From Camelus ferus (lineage: Eukaryota): DNA of 64,000 bases. The stretch spans positions 73,100,001 to 73,164,000 of the forward strand of contig NC_045697.1 in NCBI RefSeq assembly GCF_009834535.1. Reading direction: 5' to 3'. The notes beneath the pieces are model-generated. The model was not told the DNA's origin, searched no databases, and saw only the letters and a list, made by a program, of their open reading frames with translations. The stretch's first letter is position 1; every line of letters begins with the position of its first letter. The translations under genes were made by a program, and so were the position numbers. Below, piece by piece: positions 50,301 to 64,000 of the stretch.

Positions 50301-53300
50301 TTCTATCCCCTCCAAAAAGAGAGTAAGAAACAGGTCACATTCATTGGAATGGACAACAGTACACATGCTCTGGCCCCTCTAACCTAGTCTATGTTAATAC
50401 CCCATTTCCCTTCAGAAACCAGCAGAGCCTTGAGGGGAAATCATCCTAATTACTAAATCAATTATAAAATATGTCTTGATCTTAACCTCTAAGTCCTTTG
50501 TGCAAAACAATTTTAATTCTCATGAACTCTATAAGCTCTCTAAGATTGTCCAAATTATACGGTTGTACTAGTATTTTATTGCATCCTGTGTTAAGCATTG
50601 CCCGAATAATAAAAGCTGTTAACTGTAGCTCTATTGCAATGTTTTATTAGTATATATTACAATATTCTTTCATATGTTTTTCAAAGATATTAATACAGAA
50701 AGTTCTATTAATATCCATTTGGAAGGGTAATTTTATTTCTTAACACCATTAATCTAAATTTCTAATTAAATTTTATTCTTATTAGTGCCCTTAAATATTT
50801 AAAAAAATAAAAATTAGCCCATTTTTACATTGATTACAATAATAGTATACATGTCAAAATCATAAATATGGTTATTCATTCATTTTTTCTAAAATATGTA
50901 TGTTCATCACACACTGTATCAGTTATAAAATTAGGTGCTGGTAGTATACACATAAATTAAATGTAATTAAGATGTGATGAGATGCTCTTTTCTAAATTTC
51001 CTATGACAAGGTATATAAAGTTTAGAGGACTTAATTATTTTTTTAACTCAGAAGACACCAAGGTATGCCAGAACAGACATCTTACATATGAAATGTATGT
51101 CTGAAATGAACAGACATACAGTATGAAATGAGTAAAGACTGGAGCCATACAAAATTTTGGTAATGAGAGCTAAAAACTGGCTCGTTTCCATTTTTATTAG
51201 GAATCTGAATTTAGCTTATGTTCAGTTAGAAGTTCATTACATTTCCAGACCAAGCTAATCTACATTTTTAGGTCATTCTCCACCCTTTTCATTCACCCTC
51301 ATGAAGAGCTAATGGAATATCAGCTCTGGAAATTGCCATTTTCTTATTCTCATGCAATTAACATCCTTGACTGAGCACACAGGTTATGGGCTTAAAGGCT
51401 TTAAAGTAGATAGAAGATACTGGGCATGCATTCTCACTTTCCACCGATGTGAGTGTAGGAGGTTTAAAGTATGGGGGAAATATGTGTTGGTAATATCCAG
51501 ATAAACAAAGCAACACAAAAATTGAGGAAATAAAAATAGCTAGTTAATTCATCAGTTCAACAGAGATACATAGAAGTTTCTTCTTTTAAGGACTTTACAG
51601 TCTAGAATTTGTAGCAAGATATTGTACTAATTTCCTTTGCTCATACTTAAAAAATTTTGAGAAAAGCAAGTCAACAAACATGAACTTCAAAACCCCTCAC
51701 ATTGTCCCTAATAGGACTTTAAGTTGGATATAGTGAATGCTCCATGCCTTTTCCGTATTTGACTAGTTCCAGTGCCTTAACAGAACAAGAATTTACAAAC
51801 CTCTGTTCCTGAACTGCCCATTACCTATGTGAAAAAAATTCCTGTTGAAACTATACTTTAAGGCCGATTTCAATTTTATCTTCTCCAAGCAGAATGACAT
51901 TTTAAATCTTAATGTAAGGCAAAATTTCCCCCAAATTACTTTGTTGGAAAGAGGGAATCTTCTGACTAAAATCATTATGAAGCCTCTACTATTACAGGGT
52001 ATTCTCATTTTTACTTTATTTTGAAAATAAAGTCTTATTTATTGAAGACAACGTAGCTTGAAAATTGTTCAGTTAATAACAGTGTTGGATGCTTATAGAA
52101 TCTCTGTGATGGAATTTTGAAGACAGAGAGACAGAAGGGACAGGGAGAAAAGAAATTTAATGTGAATAATGTGAATTTTATTCTTGAAATATGACCTAAA
52201 ATCATAAGAATTTGATATCTTTTCTTTAAAGATGAAATATTGATACAATGAGTGGTCAAGTTGCAGGAAATACAAATGTACACCTAGAGGACAAATGCAT
52301 AGCCACCCCTTAAAACTATAAGAATGGATACCTAAGGCCTGGGGTTAAGTTTCCAGCAATCAAAGAGTATTCAAGTGAAACAGAAACAAGGCAAAGTACT
52401 CAGGATACTCTATCACCAAACATGGCTTTGGTGATTAAAAAAAAAAGACATACAATCAAAGATAATTTGTGAAGAGGTGAGTAAGTTTGTTGTGTAAAAT
52501 GTAAAAGAAGAAAAGAGAGATATTTGTCAATAAAGGCAAAATGTTTGTAATTTGTGAGCCTTAACAATCTCTGTCCAAGTAAATAGTCCTAAAAAGCTGA
52601 TAAACTGAAGTTGTCCCTCAAAAAATCGTGTTTGGATTTTGTCAGTGGTCAATTGTGGAGTGAGCGAGGTCCCCTGATAAGCATGTCTAAGGGATAGCAA
52701 ACACTATTATTTATATACATGTTAATAATGGACTGATATTTATATCTACTTATAATAATTATTATTATTTGTACATATGTTGAAAATATACAAATATTAT
52801 TACTTGTGAACATGCTAACAAATGCTTGATATTTGTCCCTATTGTCAACAAATTTTATCTGAACAAGGAACTATGGACCATGTTTGATGTCAGCTACGTA
52901 CCAGGAAATTTACGGAGGACGTAGAGGTAAACTGCTCTCTTGAGATTCCAAGTTCATCGTTTTATTATAAGTCCTTATACATAATTCTCTTTACCTCTAA
53001 TGAATATTAAGAGAACTATGCTGTAGTTGACTGTATATTCACACGCCTCCTGCTTTCTCCTACTCCCTAAGATTATGAATATCTTGAAAACAAAGGCTAT
53101 CTTTGATATAGCAGCACCTAACATAGTGCCTGACCATAGGTGACCTAAAAAAGTTCCCTAATAAAAGAACAGTAATATTCAAACTATTTCAAAAGATGTA
53201 TAATTCAAATAAATCAAGCCCCATTAAAAATGTTATCATTAATGACCTGGAATCTGGGACAATGAATGTTAGCCTTTGAAAAGGAAAAATAGTCTATTTT

Positions 53301-55329
53301 ATACAATTTGACCATGGCATATTCTTCTAAGTAAGTTGAGCCCTAGAACAATACTAGATTAAAAACACAGGCTCTGTAGCCCGGTTTTAAATGGCATCCT
53401 TAGGATTTCCAGGTCCAGAAAGCAGGTCTTCACTGGTGTCTTCCAGTAACCATCCATCATCTTACTGCTCAGTGGTTATAAAATGTTCTGATTAAAGGTG
53501 ATACCATGTTTGACCTGTCCAATTAGAAAAGATTCACAATGATATTATATCATCCTGGCAAGGGCACTCTTTATGATTGGCATTTTCTTTCCTACTGGTA
53601 GCTGGATAAATTTTCACAGAGCTTTTGGAAAGCAATTTGGCAGTATAAGCTAACTTTTAAAATCTTCCTGTATTTTGACTCACAAATTCCAATTTTAGGA
53701 AAAACACACTAAATTAGTATTTAGAGATACAGTATAAATTGGCTATACATTTATATTATTCCTATCATTGCAAAATCTGATTTCATATTCAAATATAGGA
53801 GAATATGTAAACACATTTCAGTAAATTCATTTGAATATTGTACAGATATTAAAAAATATATTTTTAGAGAATATTTAAACATGTAAAATTTTCATTTCAT
53901 ACTGTCAAGTGAAAATAACCAGGGTTCAAGCCTAAGAATGGTATGAATGCTCAAAATTTCTACTACAAACACCAGTTCAGAAAAGAGTGTAAGGACAACT
54001 TAAGTAGTTTGGTTATGTCATCTTTGCCAGCTATGACTCCAATTTTTAAAGATATAGTTCATAATTTTTATTCAACCTGGCCCTTGAATGCAATGGCAGC
54101 AGGCTACAAATATAACTCACATAGCTACTCAAATGTTCACAGAAAGTGTAACTATTTTATTTTTTGTCAATAACTAATCTGGCTTTCCTTCTAAGCCCCA
54201 TATCACTGGTCAGCAGGGTAGATAATTAAACTAAATGTCTCATCTATAGCCAATGATTTAAACAAGCCTTTAGACAATATCTCAGATGGATGCCTTTTGG
54301 CCACTTCTTAAGCTAAAGGATATTTAGGTGATCAGAAGGAGAGAATACTGAGGTGGGTCTGTGGCACAAAGCAGAAGCATCCCCTTTCCAAGTCCTTGTG
54401 CCCTTCTTTGGTGTAGACTGGCCGGCACCTGCTCTTCTCAGGACAATGGCACCTGCTCACTGGGGTCGGTCTGCTCTGCTCCATTTGTGGTTGAACTCTG
54501 GCTCTACAACCCGGGTTTTTGTTTCTTTTGGCTGGAATGGTGTTTTCTCTCATCCTCCTTAGCTCTTTGGGCTTCACATTGGCTCTGGGGAGCACTGTAG
54601 GTGTCTTCAGGTAAGGCATCAGTCGCCTTTTTGCCTTGACTTTCGCAGTCCTTTCAGTAGCCTTTTATGCAGATACGCTTTACTCCATTATCTTACATTT
54701 GACAAGCCGGTCAGACTCTGAGCTATTTCTGGGTCCTGTGTGTGACGGTAGTCATCTATTACAGTTGATTAGGAGAGCTAACTTCAGTGCTTTCCTCTTC
54801 CCGGCCTCACTCACACGCCGAATTCATTTTAATATGCTGCATCGCAGGTCGATATTTCCCCTGGACCATCAAGAGGTAGATGGGCTTTCCTTTTACTTCT
54901 CTGCAGTTTATCTTTTTTATTCCTGACCCAATCTTGCCTTAATGGCCTTCAAATCCAGCTTATAGCTGATATGCTAATGAGGATGCTAAAAGGATATTTA
55001 AAGCAATTGTGACACAAATCAGAACAGCAGTTGCTTCTGGTGGTGGTGGTGGTGTTTGATAGGAAAATTTCAGAAAGGAATTTTTAATGGAAATTTTTAA
55101 TATGACTATTATATAGTTTGATTAGGTGATGGTTTTAGAGTCCATATATTTGTCAAAACTGAGCAAACTGTACACATAAATGTTATACCACAATAAAAAC
55201 GTATGTATAAGGAAAATAATTAAAAATCCTAAGGAAAACATTAACTTTCCTTATGGTATTATCTTGCCAGATAATTCTAGACTGCATGTAGGAGGCTAAA
55301 CTATACTTTCATGGTCTTTTTAAAAACTT

Positions 55330-55880
55330 AAAAAAAAATTTGTGTGGTAAAATATGTATAAAACAAAATTTGCTATTTTAACCTTTTTTTAAATGTGCAA
55401 TATAACAGCATTAATTACATGCACAATGTTATACTACCATTATCACTGTTTAGTTTCAAAACTTCTCCAGATCTTCAAAAGTACATTAACAATAACTTCC
55501 TATTCCTTCCTCTCCTCGGTCCCTGGTAAACTCTAATCTACTTTCTGTCACTATAAATTTATTTATTCTATATATTTCATGTAAGCAGAATCATATAATA
55601 TTTGTCTTTTTGTGTCTGTTTTTATTCCTTTAAGGTTCATTTTGTGGCAAATAGCAGACATTTATTTCTTCTTTTTTTAATAAACCTTTTTTTTTAGAGT
55701 AGTTTTAGTGTCACAGCAAAATTGAGTGGAAGGTACAGAGATTTCCCATATACCCGCTGCCTCCTCACACACACAACCTCTCCCACTATTATTGTTATTT
55801 TGAGAGGGGATTCCTTTTCTTTCTCTTGTTCCTTGAAGTATAAAGTTAGGATATTGGTTTGAGACCTTTTTTAATATGTG
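55330..55880 (-). mobile_element. L1MB-like 3' fragments (at least two)
   Basis: 'gtggtaaaatatgtataa', 'ctctaatctactttctgtc'; 'cacagcaaaattgagtggaaggtacagagatttcccatatac'. Confidence 0.8.
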
Positions 55881-55883
55881 TGT

Positions 55884-57000
55884 TGTAACATAATAGGAAA
55901 TATATATTTTATCTTTGTTCCTAGTTCCTTGGCATGCAGATCCTAAAACCCTCGGAATCTCTGGAGTGATAAGAGAGTCTTTTGTATGCTAATGGGTTAA
56001 CGGGGACTAAGGACCCCTAGAGAGCTTCAGGGTGAGGGCTGGTCACCGGAAAGACCAAGACATGATTGGAAGGTTGAATTTTCAGCTATCCACAATATCC
56101 TCAATATGATTTTAGATTATGAAAACCCCCTCTTTAATCAAGGTTTTTAACATGGAACAGATTTCTTAAATAAAATGGAAAGTTTCCAATACATTAAAAC
56201 ATAAATCACCATATATATAACACCTGGCAGGAAAAGATAAAGCAGTAGGTTTACACAATCCCTGTAACAGCCATGCTCTTATTCTCAGATGTTTCCTCCA
56301 TCTGCCAAATGTATTCTGCTGGAGACAGAGCTCGCATTGGTTTTTGGGGTCACACTTAGCTGAGGCTGTAACCCAAAGAGCACTCCCTTCTCTCCACATC
56401 CCTGGATATTGAGTCAATCATCGATGGCCAATGATTCAATCAGTCATGCCTACATAATCATATAAAAAATCATAAATCATAAGATCACAAAGAAATCTAT
56501 AAAAACTCCTAAACGACTGGTTCAGAGAGCTTCTGGGTTAGTGGGCACATTGAGGTGCTGGGAGAATGGTGCCGTCAAGGACATGTACACTTCTCACCCG
56601 CTCCATCCTCAGTCCCCAACCTTGGCATACCTTATACTTTGCATCCTTCCCATTGGGCTGTTCCTGAGTTGTGTCCTTTAAAATAAACTGGTAACAGTAA
56701 GTGAGTTCTGTGAGCCATTCTAGCAAATTACTGAACCGGAGGAGGAATCAATAATTGTGGGAATCCTTGACTTATAGGACTTATAGCCATTAGGTCAAAA
56801 GTACAGGAGGCCTGGGACTTTTGATTGAGGTCCAAAGTGGGGGCAGTCTTGTGGGACCAGCCCGTAACCTGTGGGATCTGATGCTAATTCCAGGTAGTTG
56901 GTGTCAGAATTGAATTGAATCCTTGAACACCCAGTTGGTGTCAGAGAGCTGGAGAAGTGCTGTGAAAAACCCCACACACATTTGGTGTGTTGTGAGTAAA
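55884..57000 (+). mobile_element. MER21-like solo LTR with a ~310-bp internal insert
   Basis: 'gagcttcagggtgagggctggtcaccggaaagaccaag', 'ggccaatgattcaatcagtcatgcctac', 'gagttctgtgagccattctagcaaatta', 'aaaccccacacacatttggtg'. Confidence 0.85.
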
Positions 57001-57889
57001 ATAGCCATTAATAACAATAACCATTAAATCTGCCAAATGCAGTTTCACCTAGCTTTCACCTAAAATGGCAATGATAGAAAAAAAAAAGTTTAAAAAACAC
57101 ATCACCCTGAAAACCAGGAACTCGAAATAACAGCCAACCTATTATCAGAACCTGGGAGAGATTTCCTTTTCATTAAGTGCAAGGCAAACGGGACTAGAAT
57201 TCAAATTGGCTCCCGCAGGTTATAACGCCAAAATCAGAGAAAATGTAACTCAATTTTGTCCTGCCCTCACGTGAAGTCATACTGTAAGTAATAACTCAGG
57301 CAGAGTTTTTTCTGCCTTGACGTACTCAGAGCTACTCCAGTTCTTTCCAGAGCGCTTCCAAATGATGAACTGCGTATTCAGAGCACATCTCCTCAGGATT
57401 AAGTCCACACACCCTGGCAGGTCTACTGCCCACGCCGTCTGGGATGGCATGTGCCGGATATGCCCCTACTTTCTGTGGCTCCATGGTCAACTCATCTCCC
57501 CATTGCTGGGATTGCAGTTGAGGTCACTGGTCTGCCATGAGTTTGTGTCCCACCGGACACTAACTGTATCCCATACTTTGCCATCCAGCTGCCACAGCAC
57601 TTTGGAATGTTGCTCAACACCACTAATCCAGCAAAAATGACCCTTGTGGCATTGAAGCTGTGTGGTAGTCTATGGTAGAGAAAAATAATTGTCATTTTTG
57701 TTTCTTGAATTTATTAACTTTTAATATTTATTCAATTAGTTTTGATTAAGCCCCTGAGACGAACAATTCAGGCAATACTGAAGTAAACATCTTAGTCTTA
57801 ATTTATGCTTCAGAGGGATTTACATGTTTTAAGAGAGAGGTAATGAGACTAAGGCAGCTTATAACAGTAAATAAACTGTGGGACAGGAG

Positions 57890-58300
57890 AAGACTTTTGT
57901 GTGAGCCTCTCTAGCAAATTCATCAAACCCAAAGAGGAGGTTGTGGGAACCTCTGATCTGTAGCTAGTCAGTCACAAGCACCTTGACCTGTGATTGGCAT
58001 CTTAAGTCCAAGGTTGGGGGGAGGGGCATTGTTGGACCTGCCAATCTATAGCCAGTTGGTCAGAGGCACAGGTGATAATCTGGGATTGCACCTGGAGTCT
58101 GAAGTGAAGGGGAGGGCAATCTTGTAGGGATGAACCCTTAACCAGTGGAATTTGATGCTGTCTCTGTGTAGATAGTGTCAGAACTGAGTTGAACTGTAAG
58201 ATACCCAGCTGATATCCGAGAATTGCTGGGTGTTTTGTGGGCAGTGCCATCCACCCCTCCCCCTACACTTCAGAATTGCATCCAAGAACCCAAAAGAAAT
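57890..58300 (+). mobile_element. Second MER21-like LTR, 3' half only
   Basis: 'tgtgagcctctctagcaaattcatcaaaccc', 'gtagatagtgtcagaactgagttgaa'. Confidence 0.8.
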
Positions 58301-58779
58301 ATGATGATAGCTTTCACTAGGAGAGGAAAGTAGGGATAGAAAACCTAGAAGGATTCAGAAGAAAAACTAGGAGAAAGATATGACAGGATATGGTTGCTGA
58401 ATATATGGAGGAGAGAGCAGAATCAAGGGTAACATCCACATGTTGGCTTAGATCAGGTAGAGGGATCCAAAAACAGAGCCAATGACATCAGCTGATTTCT
58501 CAGAATCCCAGAAAAATTATTCTTTCAGTTTTTACTTACAGTCTTTACTTTCTTATACTATAAAGTCAGTTGATCCAAGAGGCTAGGGGAATTGGTTCAA
58601 GTAACACGCTACACTTGAAATATTTCCTCCTTTTCCTTTTTCCATTAAAAAAAGTTTTTTCATGGGAATTTTGTGAGAGTATCTGCCAGGGGAGCTCTAG
58701 TGCCTCAGTTATTCTTCGGAGTGGAAAGAGCTTGGATTACTTCCAATATCTATTTTTAGCTTTCTTTGGCTTGGATATT

Positions 58780-59400
58780 TTTAAAACATAGATTTACCAA
58801 AAAACTTGAAAGTACAGTACAAAAGGCTTTTTTCTCCCAAACTATTTGAGAGTAAGTTTCTGATCTGATGCCTCATCACTCAAAATTTCTTACGGGTTTA
58901 TTCTCATAATCATTTCTCTTACATAACTGAAATAAATTCATTAAAATAAGAATATTTTCTTAAATTTTTAGCACAATAAAATGCTCTAGACTTATCTTCA
59001 CTTCTCTGCCCGAGATCTGAAATAAGCTGTCTCCAAGTATCTTTGAATCCTTTTAAAGAAGAATATTTTGAAGCCAATATGTGGGCAATATGTGTGCTCC
59101 TAAGCCCTCTGAGCAGACAGAAGTGGAAAAATAAATATGAATGGGAATAAAGACACACATGCACATACACATGAATGCACACACAACCACCTCTATTCTT
59201 TCTATCCATGTATCCATCTACCCATCCATCCATCCATCGAAACCATGGAAATTCCAATACTTCCATTTTCAATCTAATACCATGGGGCTCGTTTTTGTTT
59301 TCCCACCGTTAGATGTTTATTCACCTTTCATTGATAGTGAAAAATAGCTCATTCCCATTTATATTTATTTATTTGGTCAATTTTCCTGTCTGTAACCGAT
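58780..59400 (-). mobile_element. Old L1MC-like 3' fragment
   Basis: 'aaagtacagtacaaa...tatttgagagtaagtt...gatgcc', 'aaataagctgtctccaag'. Confidence 0.6.
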
Positions 59401-59992
59401 TCCCCACGTTGGCCTCTGCCTCCTTCCCCATGTGGACACCTTCCGCACATGGCTTGGGATCTGATTCTCTTCTGGTTACTGCACCTTCTCCCTCCTACCT
59501 GCCACTCCAACTTGCTCTGCCCCACTGTATGACTTGAAGATTAAATTGTTTAAAGAGTGAAGGCGATGGGAGAAGAGAAGAAGAAAAGGCTGAAGAAAGG
59601 GGACAAATATGCTTTGGGAAGACTTTTACCATCAGTTTGCTGCGAGGCATACACAGCCAAGGTTAAAATCAGCTGGTGGGTATCATAGTATCGATCTATG
59701 ATTCAAGGTGAAATCTCCGTTACCTAAATTTTTGGTATTAAAGTAATTATAAAAACATTTAGTTCCTCACTATATGCTCTTAATTCAGGCAGAATTATAA
59801 CCAGCAAAACTTACGGCCGTCGGTCCTTTTCTGCTTGAGGGCTGAGATATTCACTGTAAGGAACTCATAGTGATAATTCTCTCGCTTTTCCATTCTCACC
59901 CTTAAATTGGATGACATGTAATCATATGTTTCCATTCCTAGAAATAAATGCAGAGATAGTAAAGAGTTGCTAGTATCATGGTGGTAGTGGGG

Positions 59993-60048
59993 TGTGTGTG
60001 TGTGTGTGTGTGTCTGTGTGTGTGTGTGTGTGTTTGTATGTGTGAGAG
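59993..60048. repeat. (TG)n microsatellite, interrupted
   Basis: Seen directly. Confidence 0.95.
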
Positions 60049-61019
60049 AGACAGAGATCTATTGGGCCCCTCAGATTCTGGGAAATAGTGTTCTGTATAT
60101 AATGTACTAAGGATAAGTGCATGAGCATCTGTTTACTTGCATATATTACCCCTTCTGGTAAAAGCACCTGGTTTCCCTTGGGACCAAAAGTAATTCATTC
60201 TCAGTCCAGGAAGTCTGATGTATCTTATTTTAAGTGCATATATTGCCAGCCAATTAAAGCGTTGCCTCTCCTTACCATGGTAATAGTTTCAGAGACAGGT
60301 ACGAAAATCTAAGCCAGAGCAATCCAAGCCTGAGACTTAATTCTTAGACGTTTGTTGGAATTAACAGGGAAGGAATTTTCTTTTTGTTTTACTAAGGATG
60401 CTGAGAAGTAGAATCAAGGCTAGAACTGATGGCAACTATTCTGTCATCATGAGAAAGAGTCTGCTTGAGAATAGAGCCCCCAAATAGAAAAGCAAAGTCA
60501 AGAGATAGTACTAGTGAGCAGACCTGATGAGGTAATTTAAACCTTTGGAAGTCTTTCTCTCTGTTTGTTTATGGAAACAAATTTCTTTAGTGTTTTTAAT
60601 ATATTCCCTAAATGTTCACTTTTATTTTATAAGCAGATGCATTACTGAAAATACATACCCTGAATTCAGGTAACACAGTCATATGTCAGTGGTGAAACAA
60701 TGCCTCACTTCAGCTTGACAATGATTAGAAGTTCATTTTATGGAAATTTAACAAAGAAAATGATCCATAGATATATTAACTTACATCACGGTTTTGTGCA
60801 TCTAAAGAGTCTCCAGAAGCCAGTATTTCCAACATGAAGCAATCACACGATTTTGCTTTCAAGAGCAATAAAGGTAAAACTTCTAATGCCATTTTTTCTT
60901 GGTATATTGTTATCATTAATGAACTATATCAATATGGAAGTTGCTGTGTGAACAGAAATAGAAAAATTACAAGTCAGTGAGAAATTACCCTAAGCTGCCT
61001 TGGAGCTACGCATGGTAAC

Positions 61020-61335
61020 TGTGTGGACTCATTTACTTACGTGGCTCCCGCCCTCCCTTAAAATTTCCACTCAAAGTTCAGCTGTAAGGAGATCTTTCCT
61101 CATGCATTTCCATGTCCATCCCTCTACCTCTGCTTTGTTTTATTTCTAAGTATTTATCATCATCTAGAATAACAAGTAATCATGGTTAATTGTTCGTTTC
61201 TTCCCAATAGAGAGTAAATTTCATAAAATAAGAAGATTTTGTTCTTATTTTATTTTCCCTATTCCCAGTGCCTGAAAAAAATGCCAGGCACATAATGAAT
61301 GAACAATAATTATTTGTTGAATGAATGAATAAACA
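61020..61335 (+). mobile_element. L2a 3' end
   Basis: 'tattcccagtgcctga...ggcacataat...tatttgttgaatgaatgaat'. Confidence 0.8.
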
Positions 61336-62149
61336 AGATATTGAGATTAGTCGAGAGAAAGAAACTTCCCAGGACTCTTCAGCTGCTCCAGGACACTCTA
61401 CTCTAAACTGATTTGTAGCTTCTGAGTCATTTCCCTCTGGAATTCATCTTCATCTTCTCAGTCATTTTGTTGACATCCTAGGTGATGAGTACATACTATG
61501 ACTATGTCCTGTAAGGGCTGTGTCTCCTGGAGACATTACCAGAGAGTCAGCTATTTGGATATCTGTGAGGACATGGGTTAGGTTTGAGCCAAACATTTCT
61601 AGCCATCTCCTATACCCACATCCGGCTGGTTACTTACCTGTGTCCATTGAACTTTTCAGTGTTCCTTCCAGCCTAACAATGAACTGTCCAAATATTGAAG
61701 TTCTCATGACGTAGCTTATGCCAAATATAAGCTCTTCTAGGAAAGTGGTTCTTAGGCATCCTTAGCAATATGCTAATAAAATACATGATCACAAGAACTC
61801 ATATGCCATAGTTCTTTGAGTCCCACATATAGCATCTGGGTCATCAGGTCTCCATATCATTTGCTTTGTCCTTTGCTTGTAATGTCTTCTAGTGGGTGAA
61901 AGAATTGTGAGAGACTGGGCTGATGCCCATCCCAATAGCCATCTTCACCAGAGATGGTTACTGTAACAATTGTGAGTGATGGTCCTCTTTAGAAAAGAGA
62001 ACTTCTTTTGAGTGAGTAGAGGAAGGGGCAACCTTTCCCAGATTGCAAGGACTCTTATATACAATGAAGACTCAAGGAGGAGACTGGGAAGATATTTCAA
62101 CAAATATTGTATTTATTACTCAATAAATGCATAATGCATGACACCCATA

Positions 62150-63870
62150 AGCCAGGGGATAATCTTATATTCAATAGTAAATAATAGCTCTATGAGTTTA
62201 TATTCTATAATGGCTTACAAGTTGTGATGATTGTTAAGACGAAAAATAAAAAGGTTAAGGAAAAAACAACCAAAGATAGTAAGAGGACAGAGAGTGATGG
62301 GATTGGGGTAGAAGCCTATTTTAGATAGTGTTGTCAAGGACAATCTCCCTGATAATCTGACAACGACTTGGTGGAGATATGATGGTAGTGAAGAGGTAAC
62401 CAAAGAAAAATGTAAGGGAAGATTATTTCAGGCAGAAGTCACAGCAACCATGGAGGATAGTGTTTGCTGAACATACAGAATGCCAGTGTGGCTGGAAGAG
62501 ACTGAGTGGGGCAGAGAGGGAAAAGATAGGATCAGAGGGTTAGAATGGCATAGACAATGGAGTGCTCTGTTCCTGTTGCTAAACTTTTAATGATTTTTCT
62601 TAATGAGATAAAACCACTGGGACATTTTAAGCAAGGGAGACAAATGGTGTGACTTACATTTTCAAGAATTACATAGGATGCTCTACTGAGAACAGACTAA
62701 AAGGAACGGATGGTAAAACACTGAGGCTGTATGAAAGCTCTGCAGTTGTCTGACTTGAACCAGAATGGGTTTAGCAATAAAGACATAATTTGAAGGGACA
62801 CTGACAAGATTTGCTGACAGATTAAGCATTTTATGAAGGAGAGAAAAAAAGTTAAGGATGTTTACAAGTGTAATGGGCTGAACTACTGGAAGGTTGGAAT
62901 TTCTAATAACCAGCATACAGAAGAAGGATGTAGGAAAAGCAGTTTGGTTTGGAGGTAGGAAGTAAGAGCTCAGGTTTGGACAGTTCCCATTTAAGATGCT
63001 TTTCAAAATGGAGAGTAAGGTCTCTCAGGCCCTTTCACTTTCAGTCTGTGTAACTTAGATCAAGCATTTTAATGTCTCTATGCCTTCATTTTCTCATCTA
63101 TGATGCAGATGATAAAGGTGCTTCGTAGTTTTGTTGTGAGAATTAAATGAGGTAACTCATATAATACGACATTTTGACAAATGCCAGGCTCACATAAGGG
63201 TTCAAAACATATTGGCTATTATTGTTAGACAGATGATGATAGGTGGTGAGAAGTGGTCAAGCTTAGGACTCATTACAAAAATTGTCAATAAGGTTGTCTA
63301 ACAGGTGGGATGAAGAGTGTGAGAAAAGTGGATGAGCCAAAGGTAACTCCAAGAATTTTCCCTTGAGCATCTGAAAAATTGAGGGACTATTTAATGAGAT
63401 AGTTGGAACTAGGAGAGAAACAGTTTGAAATAAGTAAGGAGAGAATAAAAATTTCATCTCTAGGCATGTTAAGCTGGAAATGCCCATTAGATGTCCATGT
63501 GGAGCTACAGAATAAGCAGGTGCATATACAAATCTAGAGTTTTGATCAGAGTTCCAAGCTGAAGATATAAATTCAGGAGTTCTCATAACGCAGAGGGAAT
63601 TTCAAATCATGGGAATGGATGAGACCATCAAAAAAGTGAGTATTGATTGCAAAGAGGAGAGATCCTAGATCTGTGGAATTCAAATATTCAGTGGCCTGAT
63701 AGATATGAGATAAGCAGCAAAAGAGACTGAAGGTGAGAGGAAAACCAAATGAAGAGAGTATTTCAAGAAAGTGAGATTAATTGTATCAAGTGTTGATCAT
63801 AGTTTACTCATAAAGAGGGCTGAACTTTGACCATTAGGTTCAACATTGTATAGCTCAAATGGCACCTGGG
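62150..63870 (-). mobile_element. Long L2 fragment, with a + strand MIR at ~63020-63225
   Basis: 'gccagtgtggctgga', 'acaagatttgctga', 'agagctcaggtttggaca', 'atgggaatggatgaga'; MIR 'ttctcatctatga...gttgtgagaattaaatgag'. Confidence 0.8.
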
Positions 63871-63906
63871 GTTGAGGAGCTTTCTTTTGCTTTGTTTAAG
63901 ATGGTT

Positions 63907-63972
63907 AATATATATATATATGTTTTATATATATATATGTATTTTTATATATATATATTTTATATATATATG
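63907..63972. repeat. (TA)n microsatellite, interrupted
   Basis: Seen directly. Confidence 0.95.
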
Positions 63973-64000
63973 TAAATAATACTTATAAAGACTTATATAC

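Noticed and set aside
57317..57695. GC-richer stretch with 107-aa and 67-aa ORFs as a processed pseudogene
   Set aside because: No recognisable protein in the frames I read, and no poly(A) or TSD
55884..58300. Two same-orientation MER21-like LTRs as one provirus
   Set aside because: The copies are clearly divergent, the second lacks its 5' half, and no primer-binding site or gag/pol remnant is visible between them

Overview
AT-rich mammalian genomic DNA with no recognisable intact protein-coding gene; it reads as intergenic or deep-intronic sequence. Three tRNA-Ala(AGC)-derived SINEs of the vic-1 type and young cetartiodactyl-type L1 3' ends point to a camelid (inference). Much of the window is interspersed repeats: L1 of several ages, L2, MIR, MaLR/ERVL/ERV1 LTRs, and hAT and Tigger DNA transposons. 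Subfamily names come from my recall of consensus sequences and need Dfam/RepeatMasker confirmation. The most unusual element is a decayed but still readable Gypsy/Ty3-type integrase (HHCC plus DDE core) at ~13.14-13.87 kb, followed by a CpG-retaining stretch and a strong splice donor. Other points of interest: a hAT-Charlie transposase fossil, a solo LTR nested in another LTR, a MER53 split by an unidentified 560-bp insert, a local duplication with a microhomology deletion, a tail-to-tail L1 inversion, a SINE pair inside one TSD, and repeat-poor motif clusters at ~29-30.7 kb and ~48 kb. I found no evidence for an intact novel multi-gene system. The supplied short ORFs are almost all chance or repeat-derived.
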